In this document: in pieces, positions 40,632-50,240 of the stretch
How the letters are laid out: every line of letters begins with the position of its first letter
Numbering within the stretch: position 1 is the first letter of the stretch
IMG/VR virus record: IMGVR_UViG_3300032313_001394
Span: 75,244 to 139,243 of that record
Strand: one strand, 5' to 3'
DNA: 64,000 nucleotides
From: a virus
Notes under the pieces: model-generated
The model's input: the letters and a program-made list of their open reading frames with translations, nothing else
Told to the model about the DNA's origin: nothing
Database searches by the model: none
Made by a program: the position numbers and the translations under genes

Positions 40632-41287
40632 AAACGATAGAAGAAATGTTTATCTATATTTAATTTACTATTATATACTGTTTGATTTTTGGAAAAATTA
40701 GTATATTCTAAATAATGTTTAGACGCATCAATTAAATGGAACATTAAACTCCATCTTCGTTCCATACCACATCCTTCGTTTTTGTTAGTAGGATATTTTA
40801 ACCACTCTTTAGGTAATTTATCTAATGTTTCTTTTCTTACTCCAAATATAGGACCAAATATTGAATCATGAGGATTATTATTTATTGTTAAACCTTCTTC
40901 ACCCCATAAACGTTGATCTTCATTTTCATAAAAATACCCAAAATTAATCCAAGGTACCACTTCATAGATATCTAGAAAATTTTCCCACATTAAAATTAAT
41001 TTAGGATTAGTTATGTTTAATGAATCTTGAAGGAATATATATTTGTTTGAAGGGTAATTATTATACGCATAAATGTAGGCTCCTGAATCCCAACAAGTAT
41101 AATCTAATGTTTCAAAAATATATTGAGGATAATTTAGTTTACATTCTTCAAAAAATGTTTTGTATTCTTCATTATCTGAATTAGTATCAATAATTAATAC
41201 TTGATTATTATTTAAATTAATAGATGATAATGTTTTTAACATATTATCTAATAAATCTATTCTATTATGTGATGCTATTACTATCAT
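40628..41287 (-). CDS. glycosyltransferase-like protein
   Basis: IIDTNS, WDSGAY, YIFLQDS, ER. Confidence 0.6.
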   Translation of the reverse strand: MIVIASHNRIDLLDNMLKTLSSINLNNNQVLIIDTNSDNEEYKTFFEECKLNYPQYIFETLDYTCWDSGAYIYAYNNYPSNKYIFLQDSLNITNPKLILMWENFLDIYEVVPWINFGYFYENEDQRLWGEEGLTINNNPHDSIFGPIFGVRKETLDKLPKEWLKYPTNKNEGCGMERRWSLMFHLIDASKHYLEYTNFSKNQTVYNSKLNIDKHFFYRL

Positions 41288-41989
41288 TTAAATAAAATTA
41301 TTAATATCTTTTTCCCAACCTAAATTAGTATAAGGTAAAGGAGTTAATGAATGTAAATAAAATAAATTAGTTAAAATAGATTGATCCCAAGTATGTCTTA
41401 CATAACCTTCATGATTATCTTCATTAATTGGTGAACATATAACATCATAATTTAAACACCATTGTTTCCATTCATTTAAAAAAGATAATGATTTAGGATT
41501 TTTTTCATATATTCCCCAATTAGCAGCTAATTGATATTTACTTCTATAAAATTCATCATCACACCCCATTAATTTAAAACATTTATCTTTAGTATATTCA
41601 TTATGTTTAAACCATCCATGACTTAATCCTATACCATTATATTCTTTTATTACTTTATCAATTAAAACATTAACGTCTTTTTTAATACTAAAATTATATT
41701 CTAATCGACCTGCATCATGGTATAAAACAACATCACCATCATTTATTTTTTCGAGTACATCCAATATTATTAATGGTTTCCAAGCATAAAAATTAAATCC
41801 TGGATCATCATTATTATCCTTAAATTGAGATGAAAATTCATCCATATTTAACATTTCAGGATTATATAAATGAAAATGTTCAATCCCAAACTGTTTAGAA
41901 GACTCAATTAATTGTTTAACACTATTAGCATAATAATTTATTACTCCATATTTTGAAGGAGTTGTAAACATTACTAAATGTACATTCAT
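41288..41989 (-). CDS. GT-A glycosyltransferase-like protein
   Basis: WKPLII, DGDVVLYHDAG, HTWDQSILT. Confidence 0.7.
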   Translation of the reverse strand: MNVHLVMFTTPSKYGVINYYANSVKQLIESSKQFGIEHFHLYNPEMLNMDEFSSQFKDNNDDPGFNFYAWKPLIILDVLEKINDGDVVLYHDAGRLEYNFSIKKDVNVLIDKVIKEYNGIGLSHGWFKHNEYTKDKCFKLMGCDDEFYRSKYQLAANWGIYEKNPKSLSFLNEWKQWCLNYDVICSPINEDNHEGYVRHTWDQSILTNLFYLHSLTPLPYTNLGWEKDINNFI

Positions 41990-41990
41990 A

Positions 41991-42506
41991 TTATTTTATA
42001 TAGGAAGAATGAATATAATAATCATCCTGAGTGTTTAATTCTTTTACAAATATATATCCTTTTTGCTTAAATAATTCTCTAGATTCATCTCTAGTTGATT
42101 GATCTCTATAATAATCAGTTTCAAAAGTAACTACATTAAATATATAATCAGTTTCAAATAATTTTTTTAATGCAGCAAATGTTAATGTAGGTGGTTCAAT
42201 ATCTACTGATAGATAATCTATTACTAATGGCATATTATTTTCTTTTAATAAAGCATCATAATCTATAATAACAGCATCAGCACATACAAATTTACTATTA
42301 GGTCTATTTTGAATCCAATCTGCTTCAAAATCACATTTTACATCAATTCCAATGCCTCTCCAATTTAGTTCATTTTCTAGATAGTAAGTATTTGAAATGT
42401 TTTTATAATGATGACAACCAATATCTAAAAAGGTTCCATCTGTTTTAAAATTTAAAGTTTCAGCAACAAATTGATCTTGAGCTGTCCATTCTTGAGAATA
42501 ATACAT
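41991..42506 (-). CDS. FkbM-like methyltransferase
   Basis: YSQ..QD, FLDIG, SNTYYLE, IDYLSVDIE. Confidence 0.85.
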   Translation of the reverse strand: MYYSQEWTAQDQFVAETLNFKTDGTFLDIGCHHYKNISNTYYLENELNWRGIGIDVKCDFEADWIQNRPNSKFVCADAVIIDYDALLKENNMPLVIDYLSVDIEPPTLTFAALKKLFETDYIFNVVTFETDYYRDQSTRDESRELFKQKGYIFVKELNTQDDYYIHSSYIK

Positions 42507-43444
42507 TATTTTATAATTATGTCAGTAATATTATACATCCAATGGGGATGATTTCCTTCAACAAAATCTACATCTATTTCTACACCATCATTACCTCTAC
42601 CATAAATAACTTGTTTATCTAAAACAGGACTATATACTTTAGCGGTAGGAGATAAAAATGAAGCCCACCAACTAAATGAACTGTTTGCTCTAAATATGGT
42701 ACGTGCAAAATATAATTTAAGAAAATCTTCTAACCAATCAAACACTATAGAATCATCATATTGAGACCCTACAGGATATGACCATCCTAAAATAGGAGTA
42801 GGTAAACGATCAATATGCCATTTTTTACTATGATCATCTGAAATCCACATAATATCTTCAGGATTATATCCGAATTTTTCAAATGCTTTAGAATATGAAT
42901 CTTTAGAAACTACTGAATATCCTTGTGGGTTGTTTTTATTATATTCTGAATTTGAAATATCATCTCTACGTAAATGAGCAATATCATAAGTTCCGGCAAT
43001 TGAACTCCAATATTTGTAAGCGTCTGTATTTTTAACTTTATCAGAAAATTCAAATACCTTTAATAAGTATTCTTTATTCATTGAGTCAAAAATATGATGA
43101 GAATAGGCACAAACTGAATCAAAAAATACAGGATAATCATATTTAGCATAATTCTGATTAATTACATCAGGATTAATTAATTTAGCATCCGGATGTAATT
43201 TTTGAATTGATTGTGTTCTAAATTCTAAAGTATTCATAGAAGATTGAGTCTGGTTAATTTCTAATCTTAAAGTATCATCTTCTACAACTTCATGATATTG
43301 ATTCTTAAATAAATGAGTTCCTTCCCAATCACTAGGTAAATAAAAAGGAATATTATTTAATTTAGCATAAGTGGCCCCATAAGCATATTGATGCATACGA
43401 TTACCAAAACGGCCATTCCAATGGGCTAATAATATAAAACTCAT
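42506..43444 (-). CDS. GT11 (alpha-1,2-fucosyltransferase-like) glycosyltransferase
   Basis: GRFGNRMHQY, HLRRDD, ISDD, NSSFSWW. Confidence 0.8.
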   Translation of the reverse strand: MSFILLAHWNGRFGNRMHQYAYGATYAKLNNIPFYLPSDWEGTHLFKNQYHEVVEDDTLRLEINQTQSSMNTLEFRTQSIQKLHPDAKLINPDVINQNYAKYDYPVFFDSVCAYSHHIFDSMNKEYLLKVFEFSDKVKNTDAYKYWSSIAGTYDIAHLRRDDISNSEYNKNNPQGYSVVSKDSYSKAFEKFGYNPEDIMWISDDHSKKWHIDRLPTPILGWSYPVGSQYDDSIVFDWLEDFLKLYFARTIFRANSSFSWWASFLSPTAKVYSPVLDKQVIYGRGNDGVEIDVDFVEGNHPHWMYNITDIIIK

Positions 43445-43935
43445 ATATTCTTTAACTCGTTTTCAGTGAAAAATTGTCTTAAATTAGGTGGGAAATATGA
43501 TAATGATTTTTGTACTTTACGATCTTCAGAACGGTATATTACATACTTATCACCACGTTTTTCAAAATGACATGGGCGACCAGAAGCAGCAGCTCTAAAT
43601 TTAGCAGTTGCATCAGCTTCTTCCTCTGTAGCACATGATTTAGATAAATTAGATGCTTGTACTTCATTATATGCAGCTAAGAATTTATCCTTTAAACCAA
43701 ATGCCATAATACCAGCTGATAATACGTACATAATATCACAGAATGCATCTAGTACTTCTACAATATCACCATCTTCTGCTGCTTCTTTATATTCGTCTAA
43801 TTCTTCTTGAATAAAATTATAAATAAAATCACGTTCCATTTTTTCTGGAATCGTAGGAGTATAATTATTTAGTTTACCAAATAATTTATTGAATTTTTCT
43901 ACTTCACTAATGAAGTGTAATTTATTATCTTCCAT
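43441..43935 (-). CDS. MazG-like/PRA-PH nucleotide pyrophosphohydrolase
   Basis: IQEELDEY, VEVLDAFCDIMYV, EVQASNLSK. Confidence 0.85.
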   Translation of the reverse strand: MEDNKLHFISEVEKFNKLFGKLNNYTPTIPEKMERDFIYNFIQEELDEYKEAAEDGDIVEVLDAFCDIMYVLSAGIMAFGLKDKFLAAYNEVQASNLSKSCATEEEADATAKFRAAASGRPCHFEKRGDKYVIYRSEDRKVQKSLSYFPPNLRQFFTENELKNI

Positions 43936-43936
43936 A

Positions 43937-44647
43937 TTAAATGTATGCTTGTAAATTAAATTTTAACATTTCTAGTACTTCTTGTTTAGCTGTTTTAGCA
44001 TGATCAGCAAATACACCTGATACTTCTGATGTCATCATACTAGCACCCATATGCTTAACTCCACGACATGATACACAATTATGTGTTGCATGCATCATTA
44101 CCATAATACCTTCATTACCTTCAATTAATTTATCCATAGCATTATGAATAGCCATAGTTAATTGCTCTTGAATAGCACCTCTACGTGAGAAATGCTCAAC
44201 TACACGATTTAATTTTGATAATCCGATTACCTTTGATTCAGGACCAGGTACATATGCAATATGACATTTACCTAAGATTGCTTGGTGGTGATGAGAACAC
44301 ATTGATATTACTGGAATATCGCGCTCTAATACAATACCATTATAACCGTCTGATGGGAATGCTGTAATATCACCTAATACTTCATAACGGCCTCTCCATA
44401 AATCATTAACGTATGCTTTAGCAACGCGTTTTGGAGTGTTAGATGAGTTTGGATCGTTTTTCCAATCAACACCTAATGCGTCTAAGAAATTACCATATGC
44501 AACAGTTGCATTATCGATAATAGTTTGTTTTTCTTCTACGGTTAGAGATCGCTCTTTACCTTCGGTTTTAATGATTTGTTGTAAATGGAGTGAGATACCA
44601 TTTGCATTACCTGAATTGGTAATTTCTAAATTGTCTATTTTACACAT
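43937..44647 (-). CDS. folE: GTP cyclohydrolase I
   Basis: TPKRVAK, SMCSHH, GLSKLNR, IQEQLT, HNCVSCRGV. Confidence 0.95.
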   Translation of the reverse strand: MCKIDNLEITNSGNANGISLHLQQIIKTEGKERSLTVEEKQTIIDNATVAYGNFLDALGVDWKNDPNSSNTPKRVAKAYVNDLWRGRYEVLGDITAFPSDGYNGIVLERDIPVISMCSHHHQAILGKCHIAYVPGPESKVIGLSKLNRVVEHFSRRGAIQEQLTMAIHNAMDKLIEGNEGIMVMMHATHNCVSCRGVKHMGASMMTSEVSGVFADHAKTAKQEVLEMLKFNLQAYI

Positions 44648-44713
44648 ATAACTTTTATTTATTTATAACAATTAAATATAGATAAGAAAAGCCTGATAAA
44701 CAAGCTCTTCTAT

Positions 44714-44995
44714 TTATTTTATTCCTGCAATTTTATTCCAGCGATACTTAGTTTCATTCATTACTCCATCTTCTACAGATGTCATATTGCTTGTATCAAC
44801 TTCTGGTTTGACATCAATTAATTGATCATAATCATCCATAGATAATACTTGACCATCTTGGCAAGCTTGGATAATATTTTCAGTTACTTTATGTAATGTC
44901 TCATCATTAGTTGCATCTTCACGAGCAAATTCGAGTAAACGAATAAATAACGGTACATCAAATGTAACTACGTCTTGTGGATTTTGTTCTTCCAT
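44714..44995 (-). CDS. acidic hypothetical protein
   Basis: DVPLFIRLLEFARE; ends RWNKIAGIK. Confidence 0.75.
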   Translation of the reverse strand: MEEQNPQDVVTFDVPLFIRLLEFAREDATNDETLHKVTENIIQACQDGQVLSMDDYDQLIDVKPEVDTSNMTSVEDGVMNETKYRWNKIAGIK

Positions 44996-45033
44996 ATTAT
45001 TATTTAATATAAATATATTAGAGAAATAAATTT

Positions 45034-46563
45034 CTATAAGTTTAATTTAGAACCTACAGTAAAGAAGAATGTAGGTTTATCAAATGTAGATGGTATATTT
45101 GATTTAATATTAAAGTTAATTCGGAAACGTTTAGATAACGGAATATCAAATGAATTACCTAACATAACATTAAAATCTTTATTTACTCTCATTATTGGAT
45201 CACTCGTAATATAAGATGTCGGAGAATAAAGTAAAAACACCTCAGGTGTAAATTTAATTTTAGTTTTTGTTTCTAATGGCCTCATATAGAATCCAGTTAA
45301 TGACGGACCATACATTTGATCGCCTGATCCTAAGAATCCAGCAATTAAAGATACGTTATAACCTGCAACACCTTTTTTACCTAATAATTTAATATAAGTA
45401 TATCCAGCAAATGTTAAATGGTCTGTAAATGTAGTTGCATATGTTAATGAGTAATTTCGAACATGACTAATAGCACCGTTTGTAGTATACATTTTAGTAT
45501 ACTTACCTGTTAATGCTAATTGTTTGAAATTTAAGTGGATCATTGAAGTAGCACCCCACGATTCATTTCCCATTAACGATGCTTTAGATGCTGATACACC
45601 CAGTACTGGAGTAAATGTATTGTCTGCATTTTGCATTAATGCAAAGTCACCTTGTACTACTAATGGATTAGTTGTATTTACTGTTTTAGCTTTCTTTTCG
45701 TCTTTTTTACTATCTGATTTCTTTTCGTCTTTTTTGCTTTCACTTTTAGCATCGTCTTTCTTTTCTTCCTTACTTTCGGATTTAGATTCTGATTTGCTTT
45801 CTTCTTTGGATTCCGACTTTGATTCGCTTTTAGATTCAGACTTGGCTTCAGCTTTAGCCTCTGCTTTAGCTTCGGCCTTTGCTTCGGCTTTAACCCCTCC
45901 CGGAGATCCACCGCCTCCTCCACCACCGCCTCCACCTCCACCACCTGGAGCGCCTCCACCACTTGGAGCGGAACTACCCGCTGATGATGCGCTTGAACTC
46001 GCTGTAGATGATGCTGAACTAGATGCACTAGATGATGCGGTAGATGAAGCTGTGTTAGCGGCAGCACCTGCGGCTGTATTGGCTGCTGTACCTGAAGCTG
46101 TGTTTGCTGCTGTAGATGCTGCTGTATTGGCAGCTGTTGAAGCTGCTGTAGAGGCAGCGGTACTTGCTGCTGTTGCGGCCGCAGTAGCAGCAGCTGTTTG
46201 TGCTGCTGTTTGAGCAGCAGTCTGGGCAGCTGTCTGTGCCGCAACTTGAGCTGCTGCTTGAGCTACTACTGCTGAAATTGTATTTGAAATTGTTTGAGTT
46301 TGAGTTTGGGCAACTACTTCTTGTGCTTTACACACATATGCTTTCATTTGCTCATTTACCCATAATTGTACCTCTCCTTTAGCTGCTTCTTCATATGAAA
46401 ATGAACGTGCAGAACTACGATATACAATCAATACTGAACCCCCGATCGGAACAGTATATAATACCATCTGTTTCGAGCAGGGGTCAAAGTATGCGTTGGT
46501 AAGTACTTGTGCCTTACTTAAAAATGAAACAGTTAAGAGTAAGAATACAAATACATATTTCAC
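45034..46563 (-). CDS. exported protein with low-complexity stalk and C-terminal outer-membrane beta-barrel-like domain
   Basis: Signal peptide; AAQT/AAST, poly-G, AEAK, SESK repeats; alternating beta-strand C-terminus FFFTVGSKLNL. Confidence 0.75.
   Translation of the reverse strand: MKYVFVFLLLTVSFLSKAQVLTNAYFDPCSKQMVLYTVPIGGSVLIVYRSSARSFSYEEAAKGEVQLWVNEQMKAYVCKAQEVVAQTQTQTISNTISAVVAQAAAQVAAQTAAQTAAQTAAQTAAATAAATAASTAASTAASTAANTAASTAANTASGTAANTAAGAAANTASSTASSSASSSASSTASSSASSAGSSAPSGGGAPGGGGGGGGGGGGGSPGGVKAEAKAEAKAEAKAEAKSESKSESKSESKEESKSESKSESKEEKKDDAKSESKKDEKKSDSKKDEKKAKTVNTTNPLVVQGDFALMQNADNTFTPVLGVSASKASLMGNESWGATSMIHLNFKQLALTGKYTKMYTTNGAISHVRNYSLTYATTFTDHLTFAGYTYIKLLGKKGVAGYNVSLIAGFLGSGDQMYGPSLTGFYMRPLETKTKIKFTPEVFLLYSPTSYITSDPIMRVNKDFNVMLGNSFDIPLSKRFRINFNIKSNIPSTFDKPTFFFTVGSKLNL
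45690..46270 (-). repeat. coding low-complexity tandem repeats
   Basis: 12-nt period repeats encoding AAQT, AAST, AEAK, SESK and a Gly run. Confidence 0.85.
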
Positions 46564-47393
46564 TAAGCTAGTAGCTTATAATATTCTTTAAAATGTTTGA
46601 TACGATCTGGTAGACCAATTGTACCACCATTAACACGTTTTGTGATTTGAGTAACTACAGCATCGGAAGCACCACTATCAGCCATCTTGTGTAATCCGTT
46701 TTTAGAGAAAAACCAAGCAGCTGAGAGTAAGGCATATTTCGATGAAACCACATCTGGGTTAGACAAAATGTCTTCTCCAATGGACTTACCGAATGCAGTG
46801 TAGTTTTCTTTACCAGTTAACTGTATGTAACCTCTTCCGCGAAATTTATATCCTTCACCTGATGCTTCATTACCATTACCCATTCTACCTCCGTAGACAC
46901 GAGCAGCAATTTTAGCAGGTTTGCGTTCATACTGGGCAGCTAATGATGCGTTTGGAAAATATTTTTTAAATATTCCCATTAATCCTTTAGCTGAATAATT
47001 TAAATTTTCTTGAGTTGCGCGGAATCCACCTGATTCGTGTCCGCACTGTGCTAAAAAGTGAGCTAAACGTAATGGGGTATTGATAGCAAATTTAGCTGCT
47101 GTATCAGGAATCATTGCAATTACTGCATCAGGAATGTGTCCTTTTAAATTAGCTAATTTTAGATTACCTGAATTAGTAATTGGAGCAACTACTGGTGCTG
47201 CTGGAGTAGCAATACCAAATAATTTACCCCAAGTACCAGCTCCAACTATACCATCAGCTGTTAATCCGTTAGCTGATTGCCAAGCTTTAACTGCTGCATC
47301 TGTTTTAGGTCCAAATTTACCAATGGCTTCTATACCTAATTTTACTTGAAGCTTTTTTACATCTTCACCCTCGGATCCTAGCTTTAATAGCAT
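46563..47393 (-). CDS. endolysin: PG-binding domain plus GH19 muramidase
   Basis: ADGIVGAGTW; HFLAQCGHESGG, ENLNYS, FRGRGYIQLTG, TKRVNGG. Confidence 0.95.
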   Translation of the reverse strand: MLLKLGSEGEDVKKLQVKLGIEAIGKFGPKTDAAVKAWQSANGLTADGIVGAGTWGKLFGIATPAAPVVAPITNSGNLKLANLKGHIPDAVIAMIPDTAAKFAINTPLRLAHFLAQCGHESGGFRATQENLNYSAKGLMGIFKKYFPNASLAAQYERKPAKIAARVYGGRMGNGNEASGEGYKFRGRGYIQLTGKENYTAFGKSIGEDILSNPDVVSSKYALLSAAWFFSKNGLHKMADSGASDAVVTQITKRVNGGTIGLPDRIKHFKEYYKLLA

Positions 47394-47440
47394 CGTTTAT
47401 TGTTTTTATAGTTAATTATTACAGTTGTACTCTTTTACTC

Positions 47441-47860
47441 TTAGAACTGGATTTTATCCAATTTGTAAGTCAAACCTAATCCTGGTGTGAAGTTAGATCC
47501 AACTAGATTTCCAATGACCCAAATTTTAAGTCCTTCGGATTTTAATGGAGCGTATCCTATCCACACGTTAGGCTTATTTACATTATCTACAGGTTGAATA
47601 CCCATACCTAACATTAAGCGCTCACTAGCAAACATACGAATAACACCAAATTTCATAGTTTTATCAAAACTACCTGTTTTAGTTGATACCATTGGATCAG
47701 CGTCATACTTAAAACCAGCATAAATACCCCATCCTTTTTTGATATAACCACCTGTTAAGTATCCGTCCATACCTTTATTAGTAGCAGAACCGAAAAATTC
47801 TTGTGCGTTAGCAGCTACTGCAGACAAACACAAAATTGCAATCAATAATAACTTTTTCAT
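47441..47860 (-). CDS. small outer-membrane beta-barrel-like protein
   Basis: Signal peptide; Gly/aromatic alternating strands; terminal Phe. Confidence 0.65.
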   Translation of the reverse strand: MKKLLLIAILCLSAVAANAQEFFGSATNKGMDGYLTGGYIKKGWGIYAGFKYDADPMVSTKTGSFDKTMKFGVIRMFASERLMLGMGIQPVDNVNKPNVWIGYAPLKSEGLKIWVIGNLVGSNFTPGLGLTYKLDKIQF

Positions 47861-47863
47861 AGT

Positions 47864-48577
47864 TTAATTTTTAAATATATTCTTTTTTATCATACGTGAT
47901 ACTATCCTAGAAGCTGCTGTTTCCAACGCTTTTTTAGTGGTAATTCCGATTGTTGATTGATTAAATTTAATCTCATCAAATGAATCAGATAACGCACCTT
48001 GTTTTACTGTACTTGCTTCACCTAAGCCTGAACCAGTGATATACTCAGCAGTTTCAGCATTAACGAACTTAACTTGTAAGCCCAGCCTGGTAGTTTGAGT
48101 TTGCTTAACACCATCTTTTAATTTTAATTGTTCGTCTTCAGAAACAGAGAAGTCGTATACCTCTACATATACAAAATATTGTGCAAGCTTAATTTTTCCT
48201 CTACCATCTAATTTATTTTCTGTAATACCTGATTGAGAAGCTTGGAATTGTTTTACCATTCTATTCTTAATCTCGGCTTTATCTTCAGTAAAAGTAAATC
48301 GATTAGTTTCTTCTAAAAATTCAACTACAATATTTGTTAAACCTAAACCAACTCGTTTATCTTTTAATTCAGGATACATTGCAAATATCTCATCTGTAAT
48401 TCCAATTGATAATAATTGAATTGGAATTTTAGGTCCTTCATAATCAGATACAACATCTATTGATTGTTTCTTTTCAAAATCAGCTTGGTATGCTTCTGTC
48501 TTTACAGAACCAATAGTTTGTCCAAGCACAGGCAAACATAATAAAGAAAGAAATAAAATCAATAAATTAGCCTTCAT
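47864..48577 (-). CDS. CsgG-family exported protein
   Basis: Signal peptide; LEETNRFTFTE, VYDFSV, RLGLQVKFVNAET, KKALETA. Confidence 0.7.
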   Translation of the reverse strand: MKANLLILFLSLLCLPVLGQTIGSVKTEAYQADFEKKQSIDVVSDYEGPKIPIQLLSIGITDEIFAMYPELKDKRVGLGLTNIVVEFLEETNRFTFTEDKAEIKNRMVKQFQASQSGITENKLDGRGKIKLAQYFVYVEVYDFSVSEDEQLKLKDGVKQTQTTRLGLQVKFVNAETAEYITGSGLGEASTVKQGALSDSFDEIKFNQSTIGITTKKALETAASRIVSRMIKKNIFKN

Positions 48578-48863
48578 ATTCTTCTTCTTTTTTTTCTGCT
48601 TTAGTAGCTTCTGAAATTTGTTTTTTCATTCCTGTAAATTTATCTACTGAAGATAAACCTAATGAACCGAACGCAAGTAATGCTACTGCATTTACTAATG
48701 ATTCTGCAGGTGCGATATGTGCTTCAGAAAATGAATTTTGATACATTGTAATACACAATGTTAATGCAGCTAATAAACCCACAAATCGTTTTGATGATAC
48801 AGCACCTTTTTCATCAGCTAGTAATGAGTTAGCACCATCCATAAATTTTTTTAATATTTCCAT
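48567..48863 (-). CDS. holin-like two-TM protein
   Basis: SSKRFVG plus two TM segments and a charged tail; near the endolysin. Confidence 0.6.
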   Translation of the reverse strand: MEILKKFMDGANSLLADEKGAVSSKRFVGLLAALTLCITMYQNSFSEAHIAPAESLVNAVALLAFGSLGLSSVDKFTGMKKQISEATKAEKKEEEYEG

Positions 48864-48864
48864 T

Positions 48865-49017
48865 TTACCACGGTTGTTTTGATATTTTAGCTGCTATTTC
48901 ATTTGCTTTATCATTCTGATTGGTAAAATGTAGGTATACAAAATACATCTGAGTGCTAAAGCCAACTATAATTCCAGCTAAAACTAATTTTGAATAAATT
49001 TTATATACCTTTTCCAT
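48865..49017 (-). CDS. small single-TM protein (not in ORF track)
   Basis: MEKVYKIYSKLVLAGIIVGFSTQMYFVYLHF... 50 aa filling the operon gap. Confidence 0.6.
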   Translation of the reverse strand: MEKVYKIYSKLVLAGIIVGFSTQMYFVYLHFTNQNDKANEIAAKISKQPW

Positions 49018-49022
49018 TTTTA

Positions 49023-49580
49023 TTATCCTTCTATAGATTCTTCTACATCCTTTATTTTACCACATTTAAGACATTCTTCATCTCCGTCTCCATCAGCATC
49101 ACCCCATACGTGTTCGCATTGGCGATGAGCGAAGTATTCATCGATTTTACCGTCGCCATCATGATCTAAACCATCCATTGTGCCATCTCCATCTTCATCG
49201 ATTTCAACGCCCTTCTTTTCGGTAGTTGGTACAGGAGTTGGTGCGTCACCTCCTTTAGTATCGGATAATGACACACCATCTTCCTCGTCCATTTTCTGAA
49301 CTAACATTTTATCTTTATCTGTATCAGAGAACCAGTAATCAATAATTTTACCATATGAACCAATGAATGCTCCAAGTAACAACAACATTAATTCTTTCCA
49401 TTCTCCTGCAATATCAGTGCCTTGAACAATAGCGGCAAATATACCACCAATTATTAACATAAATCCACCTAAAACTATAGCGGTAATATACCATCTACGT
49501 TTCATCATTGCATTTAATAGTTCCTTAAATCCCGTAGGAGTAGGTTGTGACATAGGTTGTTCTTCTTTAAATAACTTCAT
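49023..49580 (-). CDS. two-TM membrane protein with DxDGDG repeats
   Basis: Two TM segments, IIDYWFS, DEDGDG/DHDGDG/DADGDG, CEH...CLKC. Confidence 0.75.
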   Translation of the reverse strand: MKLFKEEQPMSQPTPTGFKELLNAMMKRRWYITAIVLGGFMLIIGGIFAAIVQGTDIAGEWKELMLLLLGAFIGSYGKIIDYWFSDTDKDKMLVQKMDEEDGVSLSDTKGGDAPTPVPTTEKKGVEIDEDGDGTMDGLDHDGDGKIDEYFAHRQCEHVWGDADGDGDEECLKCGKIKDVEESIEG

Positions 49581-49586
49581 TGTTAA

Positions 49587-49892
49587 TTACCATTTAGGAG
49601 CTTCTTCTAGCTCTTCTTTAGCTGTTTTAGGTTTTGGTTTAACGGGAGCAGCAGCAGGAGATCCTGCGTTTTTATTTATTATAATAGTTTTTGGAGCTGC
49701 TGCAGGTGCAGCGGCTGCTTGATTGATATTAATTACTGGTGCTGGTGCTGATACAGCTGTTGCTGGTTCATCTTTTTCACCTGTAATAATTTTTGTTACA
49801 TATGCTGCAATACCTAATGATATTGTACTTACAACTGTAATTAAAACTCCTTTAAGAGATTTTCCTGTTGATTCTTCTTGTTCTTCTGCCAT
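49587..49892 (-). CDS. single-TM Ala/Pro-rich protein
   Basis: TM followed by PVININ and AAAP repeats. Confidence 0.7.
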   Translation of the reverse strand: MAEEQEESTGKSLKGVLITVVSTISLGIAAYVTKIITGEKDEPATAVSAPAPVININQAAAAPAAAPKTIIINKNAGSPAAAPVKPKPKTAKEELEEAPKW

Positions 49893-49893
49893 T

Positions 49894-50229
49894 TTATTTC
49901 TTTAACGATTTAATTTTAGTTTTTACCTCTTCAACTTCTTTTTTTGTGTCTTCAACAAATGTTTTTGAAGATTCAAAAGCATCTGTAGCATCAGCTAGAT
50001 TTTTAGTTTTAATAGCTTTTTCAATTTTTTCAGCAACTGCTTGAGATTCATCAATTTGAGCTTCTAACTTCTCTTCAATTTCATCAATTGCTTGTAAAGC
50101 TTTCTTAGCATCTGCTGCTAAACCAGGAGCGTATTTAGCTGATTTATCAATTAAAAGTTCAGCTTGTTCTTCTAATTTGTCAATTTTAACAAATAATCCT
50201 TTAATAAAGGCAAATAACTTTTTGATCAT
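49894..50229 (-). CDS. coiled-coil protein
   Basis: Amphipathic N-terminus; E/K/A heptads. Confidence 0.7.
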   Translation of the reverse strand: MIKKLFAFIKGLFVKIDKLEEQAELLIDKSAKYAPGLAADAKKALQAIDEIEEKLEAQIDESQAVAEKIEKAIKTKNLADATDAFESSKTFVEDTKKEVEEVKTKIKSLKK

Positions 50230-50240
50230 TTTTTTTTTAT

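Noticed and set aside
45524-46382. Long plus-strand and alternate-frame ORFs (229, 188 and 60 aa)
   Set aside because: Shadows of the GC-rich low-complexity repeats in the 509-aa minus-strand gene
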